Shown here: piece by piece, positions 24,484 to 34,649 of the stretch
Layout: each line of letters starts with the position of its first letter
How positions within the stretch are numbered: the stretch's first letter is position 1
Assembly: GCA_964366325.1 (NCBI GenBank)
Contig: CAYITD010000005.1
Location: forward strand, 8,267-72,266
Source of the DNA: Candidatus Woesearchaeota archaeon
GTDB lineage: Archaea > Nanobdellota > Nanobdellia > Pacearchaeales > GW2011-AR1
Length of the DNA stretch: 64,000 nt
Direction of reading: 5' to 3'
Made by a program: the position numbers and the translations under genes
Notes under the pieces: model-generated
What the model saw: the letters and a program-made list of their open reading frames with translations, nothing else
Told to the model about the DNA's origin: nothing
Databases searched by the model: none

Positions 24484-25659
24484 ATGGCTGATAAAAAAGA
24501 GAAGGTAGAAGAAAACGTCGAAGAGGTTGAAAAGGTTGAAGGAGAGGGTGGTGGAAATGCTTTAGTTATGATTGGTATTGTGATTGTTGCTTTAATAATT
24601 CTTGTTTATGCTTATACATCTATAACTGGAAACGCTATTTTTGGTTTTGATGGTTTTGGCAGTAATGAAGTTAGAATAGGTTTCATGGGTCCACTAACTG
24701 GAGATGCTGCTAGTTACGGACACGCTATAAAGAGAGGAGTTGAAATGGCTCTCAAGGATTCTAAATTACAAAATGTTAAAATAATATATGAAGATACTAG
24801 GTGCGATGGTGAAGAAGCCGTTAGTGCTATAAACAAACTAATTAATATTGATAAGGTTTCTGCTATCATTGGAGATGTTTGTTCTGGAGCCACTTTGGCA
24901 GTTGCGCCGATTGCTGAACAAAACAAAGTTGTTATGATTTCTGCTAGTTCTACGAGTCCTGAGATAACAAATGCAGGAGAGTATATATTTAGAACTATAC
25001 CTAGTGATACACATCAAGGTAAATTTGGTGCGGAGTTAGTTTATGACTTGGGCTTAAGAAACTTGTCTATATTGTATGGAAATGAAGAATATGGTGTTGG
25101 TTTCGAAGGTGTTTTGAAGGAAAACTTTGAAAGTTTGGGAGGTCTCGTTGTTGCTGAGGAGTCTTTTGAGAGAGGATCAACAGATTTGAGAACTCAGTTA
25201 ACGAAAATAAGAAAAGCAAGACCTGAGGCTATATACATAATAAGTAATTCTCCTGATAGTAGCGTTGCTGCCTTAAAACAGATAAAACAGATGGGAATTA
25301 AAGCTAAAGTTTTTGGCTCTGAAGGTCTTAAAGGCCCTGAAATTGCTGCGACCAAAGTTGCTGAAAACTTGACAATCACTTCTGTCTCTGCTGGAACTCC
25401 AGCTTTTGTTGAGCAGTATATGAGAGAACATGGACTAGCTATACAACCTTTTGCGCCACAGGCTTATGACTCCTTTAATGCACTTGCAAAAGCTATTCAG
25501 AATGGAGCTAGAACTGGTTCTGAGATAAAACTACAGTTAGACAACTTGAAGTTTAGTGGTGTATCTGGAGATATCGAGTTTGATTCCAATGGAGATGTTT
25601 CAGGAAGTTACCAAGTTTATAGATTAGTTAATGGTACTTTTGTTTTAGCTGACTATTAA
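24484..25659 (+). CDS. livK: ABC transporter substrate-binding protein, branched-chain amino acid (LivK/LivJ) type, membrane anchored
   Basis: N-terminal TM anchor, IGFMGPLTGDAASYG, CSGATLAVAPIAEQNKVVMIS; first gene of the livKHMGF order. Confidence 0.8.
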   Translation: MADKKEKVEENVEEVEKVEGEGGGNALVMIGIVIVALIILVYAYTSITGNAIFGFDGFGSNEVRIGFMGPLTGDAASYGHAIKRGVEMALKDSKLQNVKIIYEDTRCDGEEAVSAINKLINIDKVSAIIGDVCSGATLAVAPIAEQNKVVMISASSTSPEITNAGEYIFRTIPSDTHQGKFGAELVYDLGLRNLSILYGNEEYGVGFEGVLKENFESLGGLVVAEESFERGSTDLRTQLTKIRKARPEAIYIISNSPDSSVAALKQIKQMGIKAKVFGSEGLKGPEIAATKVAENLTITSVSAGTPAFVEQYMREHGLAIQPFAPQAYDSFNALAKAIQNGARTGSEIKLQLDNLKFSGVSGDIEFDSNGDVSGSYQVYRLVNGTFVLADY

Positions 25660-25690
25660 GCAGAGGACTTTGAGTTTATAGGTGTTTGAA

Positions 25691-26572
25691 ATGTCGTCTT
25701 TGTTACTTCAACTAACATTAAATGGTTTGGTAGCTGGATCTATATACTCTTTGGTTGCTTCTGGGTTTTCATTAATTTATAGCACAAACAGATTCATGCA
25801 TTTTGCCCATGGAGTAATCGTTATCTTAGCGGGTTACATCCTGTTCTCTTTTTATTCTCTAATCGGGTTTAGTTTTTATTATTCTGTTTTGTCTACATTG
25901 ATTTATTCCAGTTTTATAGGGTTTTTGATAAATAAAACAATTTATTCACCCTTGCAAAAGAAGAAGACGAGCAGTGTCATTCTTTTGATAGCTTCTATAT
26001 CTTTGTTAATCTTGTTTCAAAATTTAATTCAACTTTTCTTTGGCGCTGGCGTTAAAGATATTGATTATATAGACATACAGAAAGGGTTAGAGTTTTATGA
26101 GGCGACAATAACTCAATTGCAAATAATTACAATAATCATTTCTTCTATACTGTGTGTTGGATTATTTATTTTTATGAAGAAAACTTCTCTTGGAAAAGAA
26201 ATGCGGGCTGTGTCTAATAATAAAGAGCTTGCTGATATCGTGGGAATCAATAGCTCTAAAGTTAAAGACTTATCTTTTTTTATTGGCTCTTTTTTAGCTG
26301 GACTTGCAGGTATTCTTATTTCTCTTGAACAAAACGTTAGCCCTTCTATGGGTACAAATCTGATAATAAAGGGGTTTACAGGGGCAGTCATAGGAGGCAT
26401 CTCTTCTGTGCCAGCTTCTATATTTGGCTCTTATATTATTGGATTGGTTGAAAATTTAGGAATAGCTTTTTTACCTTCAGGGTTTAAAGAAGCTATATCT
26501 TTCTTTTTGCTCTTTATTTTCCTTTTATTTAGACCTGAAGGACTTGCAAGCTTAAGGCGGAGAGTGAAATGA
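25691..26572 (+). CDS. livH: branched-chain amino acid ABC permease LivH
   Basis: LQLTLNGLVAGSIYSLVASGFSLIY..FMHFAHG typical LivH N-terminus; polytopic. Confidence 0.8.
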   Translation: MSSLLLQLTLNGLVAGSIYSLVASGFSLIYSTNRFMHFAHGVIVILAGYILFSFYSLIGFSFYYSVLSTLIYSSFIGFLINKTIYSPLQKKKTSSVILLIASISLLILFQNLIQLFFGAGVKDIDYIDIQKGLEFYEATITQLQIITIIISSILCVGLFIFMKKTSLGKEMRAVSNNKELADIVGINSSKVKDLSFFIGSFLAGLAGILISLEQNVSPSMGTNLIIKGFTGAVIGGISSVPASIFGSYIIGLVENLGIAFLPSGFKEAISFFLLFIFLLFRPEGLASLRRRVK

Positions 26573-27441
26573 TTTTTGAATACCTAATACATATTCTAAT
26601 TCTTGTAGGGATCTATACAATTCTTGCTTTAAGTTTAAATCTTGCTTTGGGCTACTCTGGGTTGCTTAATTTAGCCCATGTCTCTCTATTTGGGATAGGA
26701 GCCTACACGTCTGTTCTTTTGAATATGCAGGGTTTTCCTTTCGTATTGTCCATAATTGCTTCTGGAATTGTGTCTGCTTTATTTGGATTTATACTTGTAT
26801 TTTCAACAAAAAAGTTAAAGGGAGATTATTATGCTTTAGCTTCTTTGGGTTTTGCATTTGTTGTTTATTCTTTATTATTAAATCTTATCAGTATAACTAG
26901 GGGACCACTGGGAATATCTGGAATTCCAAGACCTAGTATATTTAGTTTCGTAATAAATGATAATTTCACCTATCTAATTTTTGTTTTGTTATTTCTTTTG
27001 ATAACACTTATTTTATTTAGTAAGGTAGTAAGGTCTCCATTTGGAAAACTGCTTGAAGCTATGAGAGATGACGAACTTAGTCTGAGAATATTGGGAAAAA
27101 ACACTTATCGCTTAAAATATAAGTCTATGTCAATTTCTGCTTTTTTTGCAGGTCTCGCAGGTAGTTTGTTTGCGCATTATATAGGATACATAGATCCTAA
27201 TATGTTTTATATTAATGAAATCATTTTGATAATTAGTATTGTTATTGTGGGTGGGGTAGCTTCCCTTAGAGGGTCTGTTGTTGCGACGGTTATTATAATT
27301 TTTCTCTCTGAATTATTGAGATTTATACATTTACCTAGTTCTATTGTTGGACCGGGAAGACAGATAATATATTCTATAATTTTACTTTTGATACTTATGA
27401 AAAAACCTAGAGGATTATTTGGGAGGATTGACTTAGAATGA
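26569..27441 (+). CDS. livM: branched-chain amino acid ABC permease LivM
   Basis: GYSGLLNLAHVSLFGIGAYT pattern; polytopic; 4-nt overlaps with both neighbours. Confidence 0.8.
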   Translation: MIFEYLIHILILVGIYTILALSLNLALGYSGLLNLAHVSLFGIGAYTSVLLNMQGFPFVLSIIASGIVSALFGFILVFSTKKLKGDYYALASLGFAFVVYSLLLNLISITRGPLGISGIPRPSIFSFVINDNFTYLIFVLLFLLITLILFSKVVRSPFGKLLEAMRDDELSLRILGKNTYRLKYKSMSISAFFAGLAGSLFAHYIGYIDPNMFYINEIILIISIVIVGGVASLRGSVVATVIIIFLSELLRFIHLPSSIVGPGRQIIYSIILLLILMKKPRGLFGRIDLE

Positions 27442-28175
27442 TCAATGTAAAAAACTTATCTAAAAGTTTTGGAGGAATAAAAGCTTTGGACAATGTAACT
27501 TTGAACATAAATGAGGGAAAAATAACTGCAATAATAGGGCCAAATGGGAGCGGTAAAACTACTTTATTTAACGTTATTTCTAGGATAATAAAGGAAGATT
27601 CTGGAGAGGTAATTTTAAATGGGAAAAACTTATGCAAAATAAAAGATTATGAGGCTTCAAACGAAGGCCTTTCAAGAACTTTTCAGGATGTAAAACTGTT
27701 TAAAAATTTGACAATAAAAGATCATATGAATATTGTTTTAAGAAAAGATAATGAAAAGATAATGAAAAGTCTTTTTGGAAAGAAAGAAGATAATACTAGG
27801 ATTATACAGGAAATACTTGATGTTGTTGGACTAGAAAAAGATATGAAAACAATAGTTAGTGAATTAAGCTATGGGCAAAGAAAACTGCTCGACTTTGCAA
27901 TCGCTCTTGCAAAAAAGCATACTATAATCATGCTTGATGAACCAGTTGCTGGAATAAATCCTGCACTAAGGACTCAAATGAAAAAGACATTAAAGAATTT
28001 GAGAAGAAAGGGAGAAACGATCGCCTTAATAGAACATGATATGAACTTTGTTATGGGTCTAGCAGATTATGTTTATGTTCTTGATTATGGGAACATAATT
28101 GCAGAAGGGAAACCTAAGAAAATTCAAAAAAATAAAAAAGTTTTGGAAGCTTATCTTGGAGGTGGAAATGCTTGA
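27438..28175 (+). CDS. livG: ABC ATPase LivG
   Basis: Walker A GPNGSGKTT, signature-like LSYGQRKLL, Walker B IIMLDEPVAG. Confidence 0.85.
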   Translation: MINVKNLSKSFGGIKALDNVTLNINEGKITAIIGPNGSGKTTLFNVISRIIKEDSGEVILNGKNLCKIKDYEASNEGLSRTFQDVKLFKNLTIKDHMNIVLRKDNEKIMKSLFGKKEDNTRIIQEILDVVGLEKDMKTIVSELSYGQRKLLDFAIALAKKHTIIMLDEPVAGINPALRTQMKKTLKNLRRKGETIALIEHDMNFVMGLADYVYVLDYGNIIAEGKPKKIQKNKKVLEAYLGGGNA

Positions 28176-28881
28176 AATAAAGAACTTGCATTCTGGATAT
28201 AATGGTCTAGAAGTTTTAAAAGGAGTTAGTATATCTTTAAAGAAAAAAGAGATTGTTGCATTAATTGGACCAAATGGCGCGGGCAAAAGCACGGTGATTA
28301 AATCTATATTTAATTTAACTGACATAACTGGTGGACACATCGTATTTGATAAAAAAAGTTTGATTGGAATGAAAAGTTATGAACTTATAAAAGAAGGAAT
28401 ATGCTATGTAAATCAGGGAAGGACCGTCTTTGGAAATTTGACGATAAAAGAAAACTTAGAAATTGGGACAAAACACTATAAAGATTCTAAAAAGATCAAG
28501 GAACTGTTAGAAAAAGTTTATGAAAAATTTCCTGTGTTAAAAGAAAGGGAAAAAGATTATGCCTCTGTTTTAAGCGGAGGACAACAACAAATGCTTGTTC
28601 TTGGGAGAGTGCTTATGCAAAAATCTAAAATCCTTTTGTTAGACGAACCTTCTCTTGGTTTGTCTCCCATTTTGCAGAAAGAAATATTCTCAACTATAAA
28701 AAAACTGCGAGATGAAGAAGGATTGTCTGTGCTTATTGTTGAACAAAACGCCAGAAAAGCTATTGAAATAGCAGATAGGACTTATCTTTTGGAAGATGGA
28801 AAAATAGTTTTAGAAGGAAGCGGAAGAAAGTTTTTGAATAATAAGAAGATCAAACAGGTTTATCTTGGCGGGAGATATTAG
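28168..28881 (+). CDS. livF: ABC ATPase LivF
   Basis: GPNGAGKST, LSGGQQQML, LLLDEPSLGLSP; start set to ATG 28168, overlapping the livG stop. Confidence 0.85.
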   Translation: MLEIKNLHSGYNGLEVLKGVSISLKKKEIVALIGPNGAGKSTVIKSIFNLTDITGGHIVFDKKSLIGMKSYELIKEGICYVNQGRTVFGNLTIKENLEIGTKHYKDSKKIKELLEKVYEKFPVLKEREKDYASVLSGGQQQMLVLGRVLMQKSKILLLDEPSLGLSPILQKEIFSTIKKLRDEEGLSVLIVEQNARKAIEIADRTYLLEDGKIVLEGSGRKFLNNKKIKQVYLGGRY

Positions 28882-28883
28882 AT

Positions 28884-29666
28884 TTATTTTATTCTTAGCA
28901 GAGGAAAATCAGAGATTTTTATATCAATCTTATCTCCCTTTTTTATGTTGAATTCTCTAATTGAATCTATTGCTAGAATGAATTCAGATTCTGGAATTAT
29001 TGATATTTGATCTCCTTCTTCTATGTTGTGTTTTAACAAATGAAACTTGTGTAAATTTCTAATGAATGGTTCTCTAACTATCATCTTTATGTGCTTTACT
29101 TCTGGAGAAAACTTTTCTCCTCCTGCTGACTTAAACCAAGCTGTCGAACCTGTTCCGGTTGAGAAAATCAATCCGGAGGAATATTGATTTTCTTCGATAT
29201 TGATTCCTTTTCCATTATATTTTATTAAATATTTTGATATTAAGTAAGCCCTATTACTTGCTATAAATACTTCATTTAAAGCGATAGGAGTTTGTTTTTT
29301 ACCATTTATTGAAACTTCTATTCTTTCTAATCTTTCTATCTTAAATTTTTGCTCTGCAATCTCATCTAGTTTTTCTGTTATATTATCTAAATGAGTTGTT
29401 GTAATTGCTCCTTCGCTTGTTTTTGGAGATGAATTCACAGCCAATAATTTTTGTGTTGTTAAAAAATGTGAAGATGAAAGAGCCGTGCCATCGCCACCTA
29501 CTGAAATAACAAATTCAAATTCTCTCACATTCTCTTCTTTTAGAGTGTTTTTCCAAGCGTGTGAAAAAATGAATCTTTCATCTTTAAGAAAATTAAATTT
29601 ATTTAAGTTCTTATAATCCTCTTTGTTTTTGAAAACAACTAGAGCTTTTATTTTAGTTTCTTTCAT
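28884..29666 (-). CDS. nadK: NAD kinase
   Basis: ISVGGDGTAL (GGDG motif), STGTGSTAWFKSAGG. Confidence 0.85.
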   Translation of the reverse strand: MKETKIKALVVFKNKEDYKNLNKFNFLKDERFIFSHAWKNTLKEENVREFEFVISVGGDGTALSSSHFLTTQKLLAVNSSPKTSEGAITTTHLDNITEKLDEIAEQKFKIERLERIEVSINGKKQTPIALNEVFIASNRAYLISKYLIKYNGKGINIEENQYSSGLIFSTGTGSTAWFKSAGGEKFSPEVKHIKMIVREPFIRNLHKFHLLKHNIEEGDQISIIPESEFILAIDSIREFNIKKGDKIDIKISDFPLLRIK

Positions 29667-29836
29667 TATAGTATTATATAGAAAGGTCTTTTAAAATTTA
29701 TTGGGAGTTTTGAAATAACTTAAAAGACATTCAAAATCATCTATAAAGGTTTAAATTTAGTAACTATATAATAACAAAAACCAAAGAATTAAATACTCAT
29801 TTTGAGGGTTAAAAAAGAAGGAGAATTAGAAATAAA

Positions 29837-30610
29837 ATGACCTCAACATTATATGAAGATCTGAGAAATGTGCAAATTGAACCAAAAGCATATCGCGCAG
29901 ATTATGTAAGATTAAGCGATTTTTATGATAATGTAGGCGAAGATTCTAAAAGATTGTTAGGTGAGATAGAGGAAAGAGAAATTAAAGGCTTAAAAAAGAG
30001 AATTATAGAGAGATACGCAAATAGGCATCAGAGTATATCTAATATTTTGGACGGAAAATCGACATTCTACTCATTAGGATTACCAATAATTGAGCATGCA
30101 AAAGAAGTTGAAGAAAAGTATAGTGATAGGAAATTTGGACTTGTTAAAAAAAATGAGTTTCTTGGAATAGATCCAAGATCATCTAATGAGGTTCAAGAAG
30201 CAGTTCAATATCTTATAAGAGAAGAAATTATTAATCCTAATAATTACTTTAGATCACAGCTAATTTTACCTCAATTTATAAGAGGATTAATACAAAAATG
30301 GAATACAACCCATAAGCCTACTGGTGTATTTGGTTTTCTTGGCCTAATAGGAAAACCTATATTGGCTGGAGTAGTTAGTGGATATATTGGATATCAACAT
30401 TATGAGTTTAAAGGAGCTTTAATAGGAGGATTGACTGGATATCTTTTAGGCGGAATATCAGCTGTAGGAACTATAGGACTAGAAGATTCCAACCTAGAAA
30501 AACTTTCTAAACAAATAAAGTCTTTTGAAAATGCTATAAACTTTTTAGATTCAGAAGTAAGGGAACAATTTCCTGTGAAGTCTAAATTAAGAATTGTTGA
30601 TGTTGCATAA
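29837..30610 (+). CDS. hypothetical protein with C-terminal glycine-zipper membrane segments
   Basis: 257 aa; GFLGLIGKPILAGVVSGYIG and LIGGLTGYLLGGISAVGTIG. Confidence 0.4.
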   Translation: MTSTLYEDLRNVQIEPKAYRADYVRLSDFYDNVGEDSKRLLGEIEEREIKGLKKRIIERYANRHQSISNILDGKSTFYSLGLPIIEHAKEVEEKYSDRKFGLVKKNEFLGIDPRSSNEVQEAVQYLIREEIINPNNYFRSQLILPQFIRGLIQKWNTTHKPTGVFGFLGLIGKPILAGVVSGYIGYQHYEFKGALIGGLTGYLLGGISAVGTIGLEDSNLEKLSKQIKSFENAINFLDSEVREQFPVKSKLRIVDVA

Positions 30611-30634
30611 TATTTAGAAAAATAAATATATGTT

Positions 30635-30940
30635 TTAAAATTTATTGAATCCAAATTTTTTCAGATCTATAGATTTTCCATTGATTTCTACTCCTTCTTC
30701 TTTTAGAAGTTTTATTTTATTATTTAATCCTGTGGCGAAGCCCCCTAATTTTCCGTTTGAGTTTATAACTCTATGACATGGAACTTGAGGAGCGTAAGGA
30801 TTTTTGTTCATTGCGTTTCCTACTGCTCTATAAGCTTTTGTGTTTAATGCTAAAGCCAGAGATTTATAGGTTGTAACTTTCCCTATCGGAACTTTTCTTA
30901 AGAGAGTGTAACAACGCTCGTTGAATGATTTTTTTGGCAT
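30635..30940 (-). CDS. ogt: methylated-DNA--protein-cysteine methyltransferase (single-domain Ogt/MGMT)
   Basis: Active-site VPCHRVI, helix-turn-helix TTYKSLA. Confidence 0.85.
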   Translation of the reverse strand: MPKKSFNERCYTLLRKVPIGKVTTYKSLALALNTKAYRAVGNAMNKNPYAPQVPCHRVINSNGKLGGFATGLNNKIKLLKEEGVEINGKSIDLKKFGFNKF

Positions 30941-30990
30941 ATTTTAATTATTACATAAATAGTTATAAACCTTACTTTATGAAAAGTTCA
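30941..30990. promoter_or_regulatory. 50-nt bidirectional promoter spacer with central TATA box
   Basis: ATGs at 30940(-) and 30991(+) are 51 nt apart; TTATAAA at 30963-30969 is centred. Confidence 0.5.
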
Positions 30991-31362
30991 ATGACGAGTC
31001 ATGTAGTTAGAGCAATTATTAGTTGTGGAAATGATATTCTTCTTGGAAAAAGGAGAGATTTACCAAGTGAATGGGACATTCCTGCAAGAAATGTGGTTAA
31101 AGGAGAGTCGTATGATGATGCTCTTAAGATATGTGTGAAGGAGCAAACAGGAATTGATATAACTATTGGCTCTTATCTTGGCGGTGGCAAGATTAATGGT
31201 GGTCGGGCTGCTAGATGGTATGAATGTTTTGCAAAGGCTAAGAATGGTACTCCCCATGGTGAATTAGAAGAAATAATTTGGGTCCCAAAGAATAAAGTTA
31301 TTGTACAATGTGGTGAAATGGTAACTTCTCTCTGGTCAAAATCAATTAGAGAGTATTTTTGA
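30991..31362 (+). CDS. NUDIX-like hydrolase (degenerate Nudix box)
   Basis: VKGESYDDALKICVKEQTGI resembles Gx5Ex7REuxEExGu with substitutions; start chosen by promoter geometry (alternative ATG 30979). Confidence 0.4.
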   Translation: MTSHVVRAIISCGNDILLGKRRDLPSEWDIPARNVVKGESYDDALKICVKEQTGIDITIGSYLGGGKINGGRAARWYECFAKAKNGTPHGELEEIIWVPKNKVIVQCGEMVTSLWSKSIREYF

Positions 31363-31394
31363 TAGAGGAATTAGACTTATTTTATTTATGAAAC

Positions 31395-31754
31395 TCATCC
31401 TTTTGCTATTTCTTCTAAAAGTCTACTTTCTAATTCTTTAACTGAAAACCTGTTCTTTCTTACTGCTACTTTGTTGCCTATTTCATAAACTTTTTTACGT
31501 ACTTCTTCTGGAGAAGGTTTATCTCTAATTTTAGCTTCCTCGATAGTAATAGAACCAAAAAACCATTCTGATCCAAACTTACCTGTAACTTTTTGTCTAT
31601 TTACAATAACTGGCCTTAAACTGTTAGGTTTGATATAACCTAAATAAACTGTATAGTGATGAGATCCATCAGAATATACATTAAAAGCGCTATCGCTCAT
31701 GCCTGCTTTTCCTATAACCTCTTGATTTAAATAACAGCTAATAAGATTACTCAT
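31395..31754 (-). CDS. hypothetical protein (orphan)
   Basis: 119-aa ORF, no motif recognised. Confidence 0.35.
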   Translation of the reverse strand: MSNLISCYLNQEVIGKAGMSDSAFNVYSDGSHHYTVYLGYIKPNSLRPVIVNRQKVTGKFGSEWFFGSITIEEAKIRDKPSPEEVRKKVYEIGNKVAVRKNRFSVKELESRLLEEIAKG

Positions 31755-31820
31755 TGCCTTAGTTAATTTAAACTATTTAAAAATATACTTGTTTTTTGAT
31801 GATTGTTTTCAACAAATCAA

Positions 31821-34271
31821 TTATTGAATATTACTCGCTGGATCTCTAGGTAGTCTTGTCGGAATTGGTCCGCCTTGTGGAGAAGAAGTACAATATCCAT
31901 CTGTGCACCAAGTGTTACAAGACTGGACTTTTGAATTAGCTATAGTTTCATTTCTTACTGCATCCCAGTCACAGATATATTCTTTTACCATAGTTGTGTT
32001 GAAGCATGAATCTTGAACATTTATTCTATATGCTTCAACGTTTACTATGCCTTTTCTATATGGTTTGTCTCCTCCATCGCTGTCTGTGCAAATTGCTTTG
32101 CATATGCTTGGCTGTCCAGAGCATTCAAAATAACTTTGAATCTGACATGTTGAAGAACAGCCATCTCCGCTATCTAAATTTCCATCGTCGCATCCCTCAG
32201 TCAATTCAATTATATTGTTCCCACACCACGGTTGCTCAAAACAGTATAAATGTGCTAAATTATCACAACGCTTATCATTGTATTGAATAGTCCATTTATA
32301 GTTTATTCTCTCCCATAATCCAAATTCTCCAAACCCCAAATAATGTCCATATGGACCACGCCAATTATAACAATTATAATCGTAATATGAGTCCCCTTGC
32401 GATGATGTGCCTGTCCAAACAGAATCATAAATGCTGTCAATTAGACTATTGTTATATTCTGTTATATTTATAGGATGATCTATATTTCCATCAGTTAAAT
32501 CATGCCAGTTTTTAGCTATGATCTTATTGTTTATGGTTCTATAATCATGCAAATTGCTTTTATAAAATCTTGAGTTGACATCATCGGTTGAATTGCTCAA
32601 CCATGCTTTCCATTTAGAAGAATTCGAAAAACCTGCAGATTTTGCTAAATCATCGCAAATGGCATCCCCAGCTTCTAAACCTCTAAAGATTTGATAAGTT
32701 AAACTGCCGTTATATAGATCAGAAGTTACGAAAACTTTATAAAACGGCCCCCCACAATCGCATCCATCATTTGGATTTGTGTTTCCATCGTCGCATTCCT
32801 CACTTGGAGTTTGTATTATGTTATCTCCACATTTTCCTCCTGTAAAATTTTGATTCATACATAAAGAATTGCAAATTAGACACGTTTCTTCATAAAGATT
32901 ACAGGTCTCAGTTATATTATTTCCATCGTCACATTGTTCACCTTGATCTATTATATTATTTCCACAAACTACTGGTCCTGGAGTTTCATACTCCATGGCA
33001 GTCATTAGCACTGAGTCTATAAATGTTGGAAAAGTTGCCAATATTGTAGTGGAATTTGTTCCCATTTTAAACCCGCGAAGTTTTTTGTTGTTTGCTAGAA
33101 TCACTTCTTTTAACCCATCGTTATCGTAATCTCCAAAATCCGCATCCCAAATGTCTCCTGTCACTTCCGTCATGAAAGTCATATTCCAAGAATTAGATAT
33201 TGGATTCCATTCAAGCAATATAGCTCTACCAGGAAAAAGCGGATCACCCGAGCCTTCCCAACCTCCCGCAACAATATCTGGCTGCAGATCTTCATCAAAG
33301 TATCCAACAGCTAAACCATCTAAGCTCCCTACGATAGGAGCAATAACGCCATCTATCCAACTACCATTAATTTTATCCAGAACATAAATATCAGAGCCAC
33401 CTCTAATAATTTCATTATCGCCATCTCCATCAGCATCCCCAATAATCATGCGATCGCCACAATGCTGTAGTTGCGTAGGAGATATTGCATCCTCAGAAGT
33501 CCAACCTGAATCTGTCTTTCTATAGAGCATAACAGGACAACGTTGAGCCAACCGTCCGTAAGTCACAATTTCGTTCTTACCATCATCATCAACATCTTCG
33601 ATTTTGACATCCTGAATAGATTCTCTACTATTTGTTGATACAAAGGTTTCTGACCAATTTCCATTTTGATATTTATAAAGGCGCACCTTAGATCTATCTG
33701 GAATGTTTTCTCCTTCAAGTCCTACTATAATTTCGTTTCTACCATCGTTATCAGCGTCGCCAACATCTAACGCCTCTATGTGATTTGGTAGCACCCCGCT
33801 TACAATCTGTTGAGTTAGGCTATTTGTAGCATAATAGAAACGGAACACACGTAGTTGTGGTGCAGAAGCTCCATCTAGACCAACAACAATTTCTTTTTTA
33901 TTATCATTATCAACATCACCTACAGCTAAGGCTTCAATTCTCGTAGGTAAATCGGCTTGCGCAATAGTCACATAAGAGCCAGTGCTATTGCGTTGGAGTA
34001 TGCGAAGCTCGTTGGTAGTAGAAAAAAGAGCCACTACAATGTAATTCCTATTTTGCTCAGGAGAAAACGATATGCTATTATCTTCTATATTTTTACCTGT
34101 TTGAGCTTCTTCATTATATTTGTTATCAACATCAATAATATCTGAAAAAATAGTCGCGATCAAAACAGCAAGTGTTAATACGACCAAAGAAAAAACTATC
34201 TTGCTTTGCGGACTTTCAAGAATAAGTTTGTTATTCTTTGTATGGAATCCTCTTTTTCTATTTTTCACCAT
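31821..34271 (-). CDS. large surface protein: N-terminal anchor, FG-GAP/VCBS-like beta-propeller repeats, Cys-rich CxxxC-DDGN repeats, C-type-lectin/DUF1554-like module
   Basis: Repeated GDVDNDNKKEIVVG, GDADNDGRNEIIVG, EDVDDDGKNEIV, GDADGDGDNEII, GDYDNDGLKEVIL; CGNNIIDQGEQCDDGNN, CGDNIIQTPSEECDDGNTNPNDGCD, CGNNIIELTEGCDDGNLDSGDGCSSTCQ; FVTSDLYNGSL..GDAICDDLAKSAGF..WKAWLS..CDNLAHLYCFEQ. Confidence 0.7.
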   Translation of the reverse strand: MVKNRKRGFHTKNNKLILESPQSKIVFSLVVLTLAVLIATIFSDIIDVDNKYNEEAQTGKNIEDNSISFSPEQNRNYIVVALFSTTNELRILQRNSTGSYVTIAQADLPTRIEALAVGDVDNDNKKEIVVGLDGASAPQLRVFRFYYATNSLTQQIVSGVLPNHIEALDVGDADNDGRNEIIVGLEGENIPDRSKVRLYKYQNGNWSETFVSTNSRESIQDVKIEDVDDDGKNEIVTYGRLAQRCPVMLYRKTDSGWTSEDAISPTQLQHCGDRMIIGDADGDGDNEIIRGGSDIYVLDKINGSWIDGVIAPIVGSLDGLAVGYFDEDLQPDIVAGGWEGSGDPLFPGRAILLEWNPISNSWNMTFMTEVTGDIWDADFGDYDNDGLKEVILANNKKLRGFKMGTNSTTILATFPTFIDSVLMTAMEYETPGPVVCGNNIIDQGEQCDDGNNITETCNLYEETCLICNSLCMNQNFTGGKCGDNIIQTPSEECDDGNTNPNDGCDCGGPFYKVFVTSDLYNGSLTYQIFRGLEAGDAICDDLAKSAGFSNSSKWKAWLSNSTDDVNSRFYKSNLHDYRTINNKIIAKNWHDLTDGNIDHPINITEYNNSLIDSIYDSVWTGTSSQGDSYYDYNCYNWRGPYGHYLGFGEFGLWERINYKWTIQYNDKRCDNLAHLYCFEQPWCGNNIIELTEGCDDGNLDSGDGCSSTCQIQSYFECSGQPSICKAICTDSDGGDKPYRKGIVNVEAYRINVQDSCFNTTMVKEYICDWDAVRNETIANSKVQSCNTWCTDGYCTSSPQGGPIPTRLPRDPASNIQ

Positions 34272-34321
34272 GCGATACACTATTACTTATTGAAATAAAC
34301 TATGGAGCATATATAAATATT

Positions 34322-34638
34322 TCATCTAATTATAATTCCCTTCTTTTTAGCTTCTCTAACTATACTAACCATTTTGGAAAGTCTTTTGAATTCTTCAGGA
34401 GTATAACATAAAAAATCTACTGGTAAATCAATGTCCCACTCCAAATAAAGCGGTGGCGCTCTTTCTAAATTGTTTTTGCCTTTAAATTTTCAACCATAAT
34501 TAAATCTACATCGCTTTCAGCCCTTACCTTCTCTTGCTCTGCTCTTGAACCAAATAAAACCATTTTTTCTATTTTGTGCTTATTTTCTACTTTTTTCTTA
34601 AATCTTTTCAAATTTTTTATAAGTATTTTTCTGTCCAT
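34322..34638 (-). pseudogene. frameshifted minimal nucleotidyltransferase (MNT-type) gene
   Basis: MDRK..MVLFGSRAEQEKVRAESDVDLIMV then a TAG at 34465; the shifted frame continues ERAPPLYLEWDIDLPVDFLCYTPEEFKRL..; the break lies in an A-rich run. Confidence 0.6.
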
Positions 34639-34649
34639 TTAAAGACCTC

